DNA of 32,000 bases from Mycolicibacterium smegmatis (GCF_001457595.1 NZ_LN831039.1:480001-512000), one strand, 5' to 3'. Positions 9,754 to 18,510 are shown, counted from the first letter of the stretch. Numbers and translations: made by a program. The notes: generated by a model from the sequence alone, not told the origin.

Positions 9754-10707
9754 TCATCCCAGCACGCGGGCCAACTCCGGCGGCAGTTGATCGGCGACGA
9801 CGGGATAGGACAGCGGCGAGGCGAAGGCGATGGCTCCCGCGAGCTCCTTGGTGGTGAAGATGTTCCGATCACGCCTCGTGGCCGCGAGTTGAGCGACGAT
9901 GGGGTCCGCCAGCAACGCATCGCGGTCCTGATCGCTCTCGGTCGTCCAAATCAGCACGTCGGCGCCGTCGAGCACCGAGGCGATCTCGTCGCGGGGGATC
10001 AACGCGGGCACCTCGGGCACCGTCAGGCCCATCTGCGTGAGGAAGTCGGTGCGCCATCCCGGCGGCGTGGCCTGCACACCGCCGCGGTACAACGTGCCGC
10101 CCAGCAGGAGTGCCTTCTTGCCGGAGAATTGCGGGTGATCGGTCTTCACGGTGGTGAACCTGTCGTCGACCGATTTGATCAGCTCGGTCATCTCGGCGTT
10201 CTTGAACACCGCCTGACCGATGATCGTGGCCTGGTCCTTCCACGGTTCGAAGAACGCCTCGGAGCCGGTCTGCGCGACCGTCGGAGCGATCTCGGACAGC
10301 TTCGCGTAGGTGTCGGCGTCCAGGCCCGCGTTGGTGGCGACGATGAGATCCGGTTTCAGTGCCGCGATCTCCTCGACCGGGATGCCGTTGTCGAGGTTGA
10401 GCACGGTGGGCTGCGCCCCGGCGAGTTGCCGTTGCGCCCAAGGCCATACGCCGAACGGTTCACCACCGAACCAGTCGGTCACCGCGATCGGCACGACCCC
10501 GACCGCGAGCAGGTCGTCCTGCTCGGTGAGACCGGCGCTCACCACACGCTGGGGCGGGCCGGGGATCGTGGTGTCGCCGAAGGCGTGGCGGACGGTGACC
10601 GATCCGTCGTCGGCGACTTCGCCGGGTTTGTCGGTGCTGCACGCGGCCACGAGTGCCAATCCGGCGGTCACCGCCAGAAACCCGCGTCGGGTCAGTGGTC
10701 TCGGCAC
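9754..10707 (-). CDS. fecB2: Periplasmic-binding-protein lipoprotein (iron-siderophore/heme type, FecB2-like), 317 aa
   Basis: N-terminus MPRPLTRRGFLAVTAGLALVAACSTDKPG has a twin-arginine-like RRGFL and a LVAAC lipobox. Body is a class III SBP (RVVSAGLTEQDDLLAVGVVPIAVTDWFGG...EEIAALKPDLIVATNAG). Confidence 0.8.
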   Translation of the reverse strand: MPRPLTRRGFLAVTAGLALVAACSTDKPGEVADDGSVTVRHAFGDTTIPGPPQRVVSAGLTEQDDLLAVGVVPIAVTDWFGGEPFGVWPWAQRQLAGAQPTVLNLDNGIPVEEIAALKPDLIVATNAGLDADTYAKLSEIAPTVAQTGSEAFFEPWKDQATIIGQAVFKNAEMTELIKSVDDRFTTVKTDHPQFSGKKALLLGGTLYRGGVQATPPGWRTDFLTQMGLTVPEVPALIPRDEIASVLDGADVLIWTTESDQDRDALLADPIVAQLAATRRDRNIFTTKELAGAIAFASPLSYPVVADQLPPELARVLG

Positions 10708-10722
10708 TTCGCCAGCGTACGG

Positions 10723-11859
10723 TCAGTCCAGGGTGAAGCTGCCGAACAACACGGTGGCGAGTCCCAGTGCGACGACGATGTTGACGACAGTCGCCGACGC
10801 GAACACCGCGATCGGCCGCCAGCCTGCCTCACGCAGTCCGCGTGCGGAGAACTCCAGCCCGATCGCCACGAACGCGAAGATCAGGAACCAGTTCCGCAGA
10901 TCGTTGACCGTCGCGATGGCGGCCTTGCCGTCCGCGGCGAACTGCAGGTACAGCGTGCCGATGATCGAGGCGGCGATGAAGCCCAGCACGAATTTCGGGA
11001 AACGGTCCCAGAATTGGCTCAGTGACGGGCGCGCATCGGCGGCTGTCCTGCGTTCGACCTTGAGCGCGAAGTAGGCCGTGAGCGCAATCGCGACGAAACC
11101 GATCAGCGCGTTCTGCGTGGTCTTGACGATCGTCGCGATCTGCAGCGCATCCTCACCCGCGATCGCGCCGGACGCTGCGACGGCCGCGGTGGTGTCGATG
11201 TTGCCGCCGATCCACGCGCCGGCGACGGCGTCGGACAGGCCGAACACGTCTGCCAGCCACGGCAACAGGAAGATCGAGGGCAGGGCGAAGACGATCACCA
11301 GCGAGGCGGCATAGGCCAGTTGTTCCTTCTTCGCCTGCACCGCACCTGCGGCCGCGATCGCCGCGCTCACCCCGCAGATCGACACCGCGGATGCCAGCAA
11401 CGCGCGCAGTTTGTCCTCCAGGCCGAGCCTGCCACCCAGCCACCAGGTGAACCCGAACACGATCGAGATGAGCAACAGTGCCTGGATGATGGCCGGGCCC
11501 GCCGCGGTGACCAGCACCTTGAGGTTGATGGACGCGCCCAGCAGCACCAGGCCGGTCTTGATGAAGAACTCGGTGCGGAATCCGCGCGACAGCGCGTCGC
11601 GCAGCGCGAGCTTGGACAGGATCGCATTGCCGATCAACCCCAGAGCGATTGCGTACACCGGGAATTCGATCGACTTCGCGGCCTTGGCGAACGACGTGCC
11701 CGCGAACCACTGGGGCACCTGGGCCTCGAGAAACTTGGTGGCCGCCCCGAGTGCGACGACGACGAGGACGCCTGCGACGGCGTAACCGAGCGCGGACTGG
11801 CCCGACTGCCGTGGCTGCCCCGACTGCCCGGACTGTTCTTCGGTGCGCTGCTCGGTCAC
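10723..11859 (-). CDS. YeiH-family putative sulfate exporter / UPF0324 membrane protein, 378 aa (GTG start)
   Basis: Signature LLGASINLKVLVTAAGPAIIQALLLI...LLASAVSICGVSAAIAAAGAVQAKKEQ...AGAWIGGNIDTTAAVAASGAI...IATIVKTTQNALIGFVA. Confidence 0.88.
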   Translation of the reverse strand: MTEQRTEEQSGQSGQPRQSGQSALGYAVAGVLVVVALGAATKFLEAQVPQWFAGTSFAKAAKSIEFPVYAIALGLIGNAILSKLALRDALSRGFRTEFFIKTGLVLLGASINLKVLVTAAGPAIIQALLLISIVFGFTWWLGGRLGLEDKLRALLASAVSICGVSAAIAAAGAVQAKKEQLAYAASLVIVFALPSIFLLPWLADVFGLSDAVAGAWIGGNIDTTAAVAASGAIAGEDALQIATIVKTTQNALIGFVAIALTAYFALKVERRTAADARPSLSQFWDRFPKFVLGFIAASIIGTLYLQFAADGKAAIATVNDLRNWFLIFAFVAIGLEFSARGLREAGWRPIAVFASATVVNIVVALGLATVLFGSFTLD

Positions 11860-11945
11860 GGGATCACACTCCCCGGGACGGCCCCGGCCAGGACCAGTCC
11901 CAGCAGTGCGAGACCGACGATCACGGCGAGCCAGTCCTCATTCAC
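11856..11945 (-). CDS. Small ORF, VNEDWLAVIVGLALLGLVLAGAVPGSVIP (29 aa; 32 aa if starting at GTG 11954), coupled to the YeiH-family gene
   Basis: Translated by hand from the minus strand. One hydrophobic segment; its TGA overlaps the downstream GTG start as GTGA. Absent from the supplied ORF track because it is short. Confidence 0.55.
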   Translation of the reverse strand: MNEDWLAVIVGLALLGLVLAGAVPGSVIP

Positions 11946-12009
11946 GCGGTTCACGCGCGTCAGGTTAAGAAGGCGATGCTCCGGATTGAAGAATTGCGAT
12001 CACCGCGAT

Positions 12010-12723
12010 TCAAGGGGTCAGCGCGACGTTGAGTGCTTGCCCTACGGCCGCGGTGTCACCCTCGACCTTCGCCGTCTCGAGCAGGTCGCGCCGCTTCCAC
12101 AATCCGAGGTAGAGGTCCTCGGCCGATGCGGTCACCGTCGCCACCGGTTCGCTCGGCTCGGTCCCGCCGACCGTCCACGTGTGCTCGGTGTCGGCGGTGC
12201 GGAACAGGATGGGTGCGGCCACCGGTTCGGTACGGCCGAAGCGCACCTGGCGCGGGTAGAACACGGTCAGGACCTCGTCGACGCCGTCGGCGCAGAACTC
12301 CGGGGCGAGGCCGACGGGGTCGGCGCCGACCGCGTGCTGCAGGTCCGCGTGGTGTACGGCGTGTTCGTGGGCCTGGCGGCGGATCCAGAAACCTGCGAGC
12401 CGGGGCTTCGGCCCGAAGCCCCAGCACGGTTCATCGGCGTCGACCGCCCGCATCGCGGTGAGGTAGTCGGGGATGCCGTCGAGGAAATCGGCGACGGCCT
12501 GGGTGGGCTCGTCCTGCGGTTGCGGTTCCTCCGCCAACTCGCGGGTGCGCAGGATCTGGCGTACCCAGGACTCGATCGACCACAGGTGGCCCAGCAAATC
12601 GACGACCGTCCAACCCGGGCAGGTCGGTACCGCACGCGCGAGGTCGGCGTCTTCACCGAGGGCATACGACTGGATGGCGAGCACGTCGGTCTGTAATTGC
12701 GTCAGGAGCGTGTTGTCGTCCAC
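12010..12723 (-). CDS. Maleylpyruvate isomerase-like / mycothiol-dependent DinB-superfamily protein, 237 aa
   Basis: ADLARAVPTCPGWTVVDLLGHLWSIESWV and HEHAVHHADLQHAVG fit the MDMPI N-terminal domain family. Confidence 0.78.
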   Translation of the reverse strand: MDDNTLLTQLQTDVLAIQSYALGEDADLARAVPTCPGWTVVDLLGHLWSIESWVRQILRTRELAEEPQPQDEPTQAVADFLDGIPDYLTAMRAVDADEPCWGFGPKPRLAGFWIRRQAHEHAVHHADLQHAVGADPVGLAPEFCADGVDEVLTVFYPRQVRFGRTEPVAAPILFRTADTEHTWTVGGTEPSEPVATVTASAEDLYLGLWKRRDLLETAKVEGDTAAVGQALNVALTP

Positions 12724-12732
12724 ACGTGCACA

Positions 12733-13335
12733 TTACGGGTTGGTCAGGCCCCGCAGAAGGACGACGAGACCGAACTCGAAGGCGTCGTCGGCGCGGGCAG
12801 GCTTGGGTGCGCCCGTGGCCAGCGCGGCGGCCAGTTCGGGCCCCACCTCGGTGCCGGATTCCCACGGTTCATCGGGCGCGGCGAGGTCGAGCGCCGAGCC
12901 CAGCACGTAGTTGTCGATCAGCGTGATGATGCGCAGCGAATCCGCGGCGCTGAAGCCGGCACGGCCGAGGGTGACCGCCAGTGCGTTGTACATGCGGAAC
13001 GCCTGCGTGCTGTTGACGGCGTGGATCGTGAGAAGCGGGATCAGCCGCGGGTAGCGCGCGAAGCTGCGCCGGTAGGAACGCATGATGTCGGCCACCACGT
13101 CGCTCCACGGCCGGTCGGTGTCGAGGTCGGGCAGGTTGACCTCGGACATCGCGCGTTCGCGCAGGAGTTCGACGATCTGTTCGCGACCTGCCACGTGGTT
13201 GTAGAGCGACGACGGACTGACCTTGAGCCTGCGGGCCAGTTCGGGGATGGTGAAGCCACCCGTGGCGTTGACGAGATCCAGTGCCGCAGTGGCGATCCGG
13301 TCGGTCGACAGTATCGGTGTGGATGGACGACCCAT
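12733..13335 (-). CDS. TetR-family transcriptional regulator, 200 aa
   Basis: ILSTDRIATAALDLVNATGGFTIPELARRLKVSPSSLYNHVAGREQIVELLRERAM is a TetR HTH; TetR_C-like C-terminus. Confidence 0.9.
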   Translation of the reverse strand: MGRPSTPILSTDRIATAALDLVNATGGFTIPELARRLKVSPSSLYNHVAGREQIVELLRERAMSEVNLPDLDTDRPWSDVVADIMRSYRRSFARYPRLIPLLTIHAVNSTQAFRMYNALAVTLGRAGFSAADSLRIITLIDNYVLGSALDLAAPDEPWESGTEVGPELAAALATGAPKPARADDAFEFGLVVLLRGLTNP

Positions 13336-13395
13336 GGCCGGATTCTCCCTTGTTGTGACCTAGCGCTTTACAACTCGTGGTCCACGCCACACAAT

Positions 13396-13414
13396 AAACG
13401 AATCTCATTCGTTT
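13396..13414. promoter_or_regulatory. Inverted repeat AAACGAAT-ctc-ATTCGTTT, candidate TetR operator
   Basis: Perfect 8-bp arms with a 3-nt spacer in the 86-bp divergent intergenic region, immediately upstream of the aggag RBS of the next gene. Confidence 0.6.
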
Positions 13415-13421
13415 TAGGAGC

Positions 13422-14417
13422 ATGATGATCACCCTGACCGCCACCGCCCCCGAGTCGCTGTCGCGCACCACGGTCTCGCAGCGGCCCCCGCTGCGGGTGG
13501 GTCTGGTGCAGCACCGCTGGCGACCCGACGCCGGCGAGCTGGTCAAAGTGCTGCGCGAGGGCATCGACCGCGCCGCGGGGGAGGGGGCGACGGCGGTCTT
13601 CCTGCCCGAGATCACCCTGCTGCGGTACCCGGCGGACACGCCCGCGGGCCCGAACCCGGGAGACGCGGCCGAGGACCTCACCGGTGGGCCCACATTCGAA
13701 CTGGCCGCCGAGGCCGCGCGCGCCAACGGCATCTTCGTCCACGCGTCGCTGTACGAAAAAGCCCCGGCCGCAGACGGTCTCGGGTACAACACCGCCATCC
13801 TGGTGTCGCCCGAGGGTGAACTGGTGGGGCGCACCCGCAAGATGCACATCCCGATCTCGGCCGGTTACTACGAGGACACGTATTTTCGTCCGGGCCCGGC
13901 CCGGCCCTCGGATGGCGACCCTTATCCGGTGTACAGCCCCGAAGGGCTCGGCGCGCGCATCGGGCTGCCCACGTGCTGGGACGAATGGTTCCCCGAGGTG
14001 GCCCGCAGCTACTCGCTGGGCGGTGCGGAGATCGTCGTCTACCCGACGGCGATCGGGTCGGAGCCGGTGTTCCCGGACTTCGACACCCAGCCGCTGTGGC
14101 AGCAGGTCATCGTCGCCAACGGCATCAGCAGCGGGTTGTTCATGGTGGTGCCCAACCGCACCGGTGACGAGGGCAGTCTGTCCTTCTACGGCTCGTCGTT
14201 CATCTCCGACCCGTTCGGGCGGGTTCTGGTCTCCGCGCCACGCGACGAGGAAGCGGTCCTGGTGGCCGATCTCGATCTCGATCAGCGCCGCGACTGGTTG
14301 GAGCTGTTCCCGTTCCTGCTCACCCGCAGGCCCGAGAGCTACGGTTCGCTGACCGAGCCTGTGGACCCCGACCATCCCTACGGGGCGGGGCATGCGGCCA
14401 CGCCCGTGGTGAAGTAG
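13422..14417 (+). CDS. Carbon-nitrogen hydrolase, N-carbamoylputrescine amidase-like, 331 aa
   Basis: Nitrilase triad contexts: FLPEITLLRY (E), RKMHIPISAGYYEDTYF (K), IGLPTCWDEWFPEVARSYSLGGAEIVVYPTAIGSEP (C). Confidence 0.88.
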   Translation: MMITLTATAPESLSRTTVSQRPPLRVGLVQHRWRPDAGELVKVLREGIDRAAGEGATAVFLPEITLLRYPADTPAGPNPGDAAEDLTGGPTFELAAEAARANGIFVHASLYEKAPAADGLGYNTAILVSPEGELVGRTRKMHIPISAGYYEDTYFRPGPARPSDGDPYPVYSPEGLGARIGLPTCWDEWFPEVARSYSLGGAEIVVYPTAIGSEPVFPDFDTQPLWQQVIVANGISSGLFMVVPNRTGDEGSLSFYGSSFISDPFGRVLVSAPRDEEAVLVADLDLDQRRDWLELFPFLLTRRPESYGSLTEPVDPDHPYGAGHAATPVVK

Positions 14418-14423
14418 GCCCCC

Positions 14424-15446
14424 GTGGGCTCATATGTCATGCCCGGCGAGGGCGCACCGCAGGACCGGGTGTGGATGGCGTTCCCGTGCGAGGGTTACTC
14501 ACTCGGTGACACCGAGGCCGACCGGCACGAGGCGCGGTCCACGTGGGCCGCGGTCGCCCATGCGATCACGCAGTTCGAACCCGTCACGATGCTCGTCGAT
14601 CCCGCCGAGATCGGCGCGGCGAGAAGATATGTGTCACGGGATGTCGAGCTTGTCGAGGCACCACTGAACGACGCCTGGATGCGTGACATCGGGCCCACGT
14701 TCGTGCACGCCGCCGACGGCTCGGTGGCCGCGGTCGACTGGACGTTCAACGGCTGGGGCGGTCAGGACTGGGCACGGTGGGACCGCGACGCCGAGATCGG
14801 TGTGACGGTGGCCGAACTGGCTTCGGTGCCCGTCGTCTCGTCCGCACTTGTCAACGAGGGCGGCGGAATCCAGGTCGACGGCAACGGCACCGTGCTGCTC
14901 ACCGAAACCGTGCAACTCGACCCGGGCCGCAATCCAGGGCTCACCAGGGAGCAGGTGGAACGAGAACTGGCCCGTACCATCGGCGGCACCGACTTCGTGT
15001 GGCTGCCCCGCGGCCTGACCCGCGACAGCGAGCGTTTCGGTACCCGCGGGCATGTCGACATCGTCGCGGCCATCCCGGCTCCGGGTCGTCTGCTGCTGCA
15101 CACACAGCGTGCGGAATCTCATCCGGACAGCCTGGTGTGCAAGGAAATCCGTGCCGTACTCGAGGAGTCCGCCCGCTTCGACATCGTGGAAATGCCCGCG
15201 CCGGACACCCTCACCGACGCCGAAGGTCATGTCGACTACAGCTACATCAACCACCTCGTCGTCAACGGCGGTGTGATCGCGTGTGCGTTCGGCGATCCGC
15301 GCGACGCCGACGCCGCGGCGATCCTGGCCGAGCAGTATCCGGGCCGCGAGGTGGTGAGCGTCGACGCCCGTGGGCTGTTCGCCCGTGGCGGGGGCATCCA
15401 CTGCATCACCCAGCAACAACCGGCACCCCGCGGAAAGGTCTCATGA
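14424..15446 (+). CDS. Agmatine deiminase family protein, 340 aa (GTG start)
   Basis: PAD_porph family: EAPLNDAWMRDIGPTFV, WTFNGWGGQDW, LVNEGGGIQVDGNGTVLLTE, and catalytic-Cys motif GGGIHCITQQQP. Confidence 0.9.
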   Translation: MGSYVMPGEGAPQDRVWMAFPCEGYSLGDTEADRHEARSTWAAVAHAITQFEPVTMLVDPAEIGAARRYVSRDVELVEAPLNDAWMRDIGPTFVHAADGSVAAVDWTFNGWGGQDWARWDRDAEIGVTVAELASVPVVSSALVNEGGGIQVDGNGTVLLTETVQLDPGRNPGLTREQVERELARTIGGTDFVWLPRGLTRDSERFGTRGHVDIVAAIPAPGRLLLHTQRAESHPDSLVCKEIRAVLEESARFDIVEMPAPDTLTDAEGHVDYSYINHLVVNGGVIACAFGDPRDADAAAILAEQYPGREVVSVDARGLFARGGGIHCITQQQPAPRGKVS

Positions 15447-17080
15447 GCGAGCGTATTGTGCCGACCGTGAATTCATCCACCCTCTTCCGCAACGGCGTGA
15501 TCTGGAGTCCTGACGGGGACACGACCACCGACGCCCTGCTGATCTCGGGCGGCGTCGTGCAGGCCGTCGGCGACGAGGCCAAGGCCGGATCCGCCGATGT
15601 CGAGGTGGATCTCGAAGGCGGTTTCCTCATGCCGTCGTTCGGCGACGGCCACGCCCACCCGCTCTACGGTGGCCTCGAATCCGCCGGTCCCGCGGTGCGC
15701 AAGGGCAAATCGGTCGACGAGATCGTCGCCGCGGTCAAGGAGTACGCCGACGCCCACCCCGAGCAGGAGTGGATCGTCGGCGCGTCCTACGACGGCAGCC
15801 TCGCGTCCGACGGTCTGTTCGACGCACGCTGGCTCGACGCCGTGGTACCGGACCGCCCGGTGGTGCTGCGGGCATGGGACTACCACACGTTCTGGGTGAA
15901 CTCGGCGGCGCTGCAGCGCGCAGGCATCACCGCGGACACGCCCGATCCGGTGATGGGGGAGATCCCGCGCCGGGCCGACGGATCCCCGCTGGGCACGTTG
16001 CGTGAATGGGGTGCAACCGATCTCGTTTCCGCGGTGATGCCCGCACGTGATGAGTCGGTGCGGATCGGGGCGCTTTCCACCGCCGCCGACTATTACCTGG
16101 CCCGCGGTGTCACGTGGGTGCAGGACGCGTGGGTCGAGCCCGCCGACGTGGACACGTACGTGGCCGCCGCGCAGCAGGGCGCGTTGCGGATGCGGTTCAA
16201 CCTGGCCTTCTACGCCGATCCACGGCATTTCGACGAGCAGGTCACGCAGTACGCCGCCGCGCGGGATCGCGTGCGGGACGCGGGATCTGACCTGTTGACG
16301 GCGCAGACCGTGAAGTTCTTCGCCGACGGCGTGGTGGAGAACGAGACCGGCGCCCTGCTCGCACCGTACTGCTCAGGCCTGCACTCGCACGGCATGCAGG
16401 TGTGGGAGGGGGACTCGCTGGCGCAGGCCGCCCGGCGGGTGGACGATCTCGGCTTGCAGATCCACATCCACGCGATCGGCGACGCCGCGGTGCGCCAGGC
16501 CCTCGACGCGATCGAATACGTTGTGCGGCAGAACGGTCCGCGCGACCGCAGGCCGGTGATCGCGCACGCCCAGTTGGTCGACGACGCCGATCTCGGCCGC
16601 TTCGCCGAACTGGGTGTCATCCCCAACATGCAGCCGCTGTGGGCGCAGATGGACGCGTTGATGACCGTGCTGACAATCCCCCGTCTCGGCGTCGAGCGTG
16701 CCCAGAAGCAGTACCGCATCCGCAGCCTGGAGGATTCCGGCGCCGCGTTGGCGTTCGGTTCGGACTGGCCGGTGTCGTCGGGTGCGCCGCTGGACGGCAT
16801 CGCCGTCGCGGTGTCGCGCCGCACCGCCGACGGCGAGCCGGAAGGCGGATGGACGCCGCACGAGATCCTGCCTCCCGAAGCGGCTCTGGCGTCGTACACC
16901 GGTGCGGTCGCCTACCAGGCGTTCGCCGAGAAGACTTGGGGCCGAATCGTTCCCGGTGCCAGCGCGGATCTGGTGTGGCTGGATCGCGACCCCCGCACCG
17001 TCCCGCCGCTGGAGCTTCCCGCGGTTGGCGTACGTGCCACCTACCTGCAGGGCAGACCGGTTCACACGGCTGCGGATTGA
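15443..17080 (+). CDS. Amidohydrolase family protein (YtcJ-like), 545 aa
   Basis: Start at MSERIVPTVNSSTLFRNGVIWSPDG (ATG overlaps the previous stop, ATGA). Contains LEGGFLMPSFGDGHAHPLYGG, IHIHAIGDAAVRQALDAIEY, IAHAQLVDDADLGRFAELGVIPNMQPLWAQMD, AFGSDWPVSSGAPLDGIAVAVSR. The longer ORF from 14777 is an upstream frame extension. Confidence 0.9.
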   Translation: MSERIVPTVNSSTLFRNGVIWSPDGDTTTDALLISGGVVQAVGDEAKAGSADVEVDLEGGFLMPSFGDGHAHPLYGGLESAGPAVRKGKSVDEIVAAVKEYADAHPEQEWIVGASYDGSLASDGLFDARWLDAVVPDRPVVLRAWDYHTFWVNSAALQRAGITADTPDPVMGEIPRRADGSPLGTLREWGATDLVSAVMPARDESVRIGALSTAADYYLARGVTWVQDAWVEPADVDTYVAAAQQGALRMRFNLAFYADPRHFDEQVTQYAAARDRVRDAGSDLLTAQTVKFFADGVVENETGALLAPYCSGLHSHGMQVWEGDSLAQAARRVDDLGLQIHIHAIGDAAVRQALDAIEYVVRQNGPRDRRPVIAHAQLVDDADLGRFAELGVIPNMQPLWAQMDALMTVLTIPRLGVERAQKQYRIRSLEDSGAALAFGSDWPVSSGAPLDGIAVAVSRRTADGEPEGGWTPHEILPPEAALASYTGAVAYQAFAEKTWGRIVPGASADLVWLDRDPRTVPPLELPAVGVRATYLQGRPVHTAAD

Positions 17081-17091
17081 GAGGAGCGCAG

Positions 17092-18435
17092 ATGTCGAAT
17101 ACCGCGGAGGTGGCCGAAGGTCATCTCAAACGGGCACTGGGGCTGCCGTCCCTGGTGCTGTTCGGCCTGGTGTACATGGTGCCGCTCACGGTGTTCACCA
17201 CCTACGGCATCGTCACCCAGACCTCGGGTGGGCGGGTGCCGCTCTCCTACCTGGTGACGTTGGCCGCCATGGTGTTCACGGCACGGTCGTACGCCCGCAT
17301 GTCGGTGGCCTATCCGGTTGCCGGGTCGGCTTACACCTACACGCAGAAGTCGTTCGGCGCTCCGGTCGGGTTCCTCGCCGGTTGGTCGCTGCTGCTCGAC
17401 TACCTGTTCCTGCCGATGATCAACTATCTGGTGATCGGCCTCTATCTGTCGGCGGCGATCCCGGCGATACCGGCGTGGGTGTTCATCCTCATCGCGATCG
17501 CGGTCGTGACGGTGCTCAACGTCGTCGGCATCGTGTCGGTGGCGCGCGCGAACTTCGTCATCATCGCGGTCCAGGCGATCTTCATCGTCGCGTTCCTCAT
17601 ACTGGCCACCTCGAAGGTGTTCAGTTACGGCACTGTGGATCTGGCGGCGCCGTTCACCGGTGACGGCACCGCACCCGGATTCAGCCCTGTGCTGGCCGGC
17701 GCGGCGATCCTGTGCCTGTCGTTCCTCGGCTTCGACGCGGTCTCGACGTTGTCCGAGGAGGCCAAGGATCCGAAACGAACCGTCCCGCGGGCGATCATGA
17801 TCGCGACGTTGGCGTCGGGCCTGATCTTCGTGGTGCTCTCGTACATGGCGCAGGTGGTGTTCCCCTCCAACGAGTTCAGCGACGTCGACTCCGGTTCGCT
17901 GGACGTGATGATGACCGCGGGCGGAAACTTCCTGCAGGTGTTCTTCACGGCCGCCTACGTCGCGGGAGCGACCGGTTCGGCGATCACGTCGCAGGCTTCG
18001 GTGGCGCGCATCCTCTACGCGATGGGACGCGACGGAGTGCTGCCGCGCCCCTTCTTCGGGCACGTGTCTCCGAGGTTCTCCACCCCGGTTTACGCGATCC
18101 TGGCGGTCGCGGTGATCTCGCTGCTGGCCATCGTGATCGACCTGGGAATCCTGGCTTCGGTGATCAGCTTCGGTGCGCTGGTGGCGTTCTCGGCGGTCAA
18201 CCTGTCGGCCATCAAGCACTACTTCGTCGACCACCGCGAACGTGCGGGTGCGCAGGTGATCAACAGCCTGGTGCTGCCGCTGATCGGTTTCGCGTTGACG
18301 GTGTGGCTGTGGTTCAGCCTCGACGGCCTCGCGCTCATCATCGGGTTGTGCTGGCTCGCGATCGGTTTCGTGTGGCTTGCGGGCGTCACCCGCGGATTCC
18401 AGCGGCCGACCCCGGTGCTGGACATGAAGGAGTAG
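17092..18435 (+). CDS. APC-family amino acid/polyamine permease, 447 aa
   Basis: Start MSNTAEVAEGHLKRALGLPSLVLFGLVYMVPLTVF after gaggagcgcag RBS. Multi-TM APC signature (GRVPLSYLVTLAAMVFTARSYARMSVAYPVAGSAYTYTQKSFG; FLGFDAVSTLSEEAKDPKRTVPRAI). Confidence 0.92.
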   Translation: MSNTAEVAEGHLKRALGLPSLVLFGLVYMVPLTVFTTYGIVTQTSGGRVPLSYLVTLAAMVFTARSYARMSVAYPVAGSAYTYTQKSFGAPVGFLAGWSLLLDYLFLPMINYLVIGLYLSAAIPAIPAWVFILIAIAVVTVLNVVGIVSVARANFVIIAVQAIFIVAFLILATSKVFSYGTVDLAAPFTGDGTAPGFSPVLAGAAILCLSFLGFDAVSTLSEEAKDPKRTVPRAIMIATLASGLIFVVLSYMAQVVFPSNEFSDVDSGSLDVMMTAGGNFLQVFFTAAYVAGATGSAITSQASVARILYAMGRDGVLPRPFFGHVSPRFSTPVYAILAVAVISLLAIVIDLGILASVISFGALVAFSAVNLSAIKHYFVDHRERAGAQVINSLVLPLIGFALTVWLWFSLDGLALIIGLCWLAIGFVWLAGVTRGFQRPTPVLDMKE

Positions 18436-18448
18436 TTGGCACACAGCG

Positions 18449-18485
18449 ATCGAGCGGCCACGGTGTGTTCACGTGGCCGCTCGAT
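18449..18485. terminator. Bidirectional hairpin terminator candidate: ATCGAGCGGCCACG-gtgtgttca-CGTGGCCGCTCGAT
   Basis: Perfect 14-bp stem with 9-nt loop, located between the convergent permease (ends 18435) and ohr (ends 18511) genes. No U-tract, as is usual in mycobacteria. Confidence 0.85.
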
Positions 18486-18510
18486 GCGTTCGGGGGTGTG
18501 TCAGGCCGTA

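Noticed and set aside
9280-11025. 581-aa plus-strand ORF opposite yhhQ, fecB2-like and YeiH genes
   Set aside because: Spans three real minus-strand genes and their boundaries; composition non-protein-like.
14777-15442. N-terminal extension of the amidohydrolase ORF
   Set aside because: Out-of-frame translation of the agmatine deiminase gene; real start at 15443 with a 4-nt overlap.
16402-17091. N-terminal extension of the permease ORF
   Set aside because: Out-of-frame translation of the amidohydrolase gene; real start at 17092 behind an RBS.
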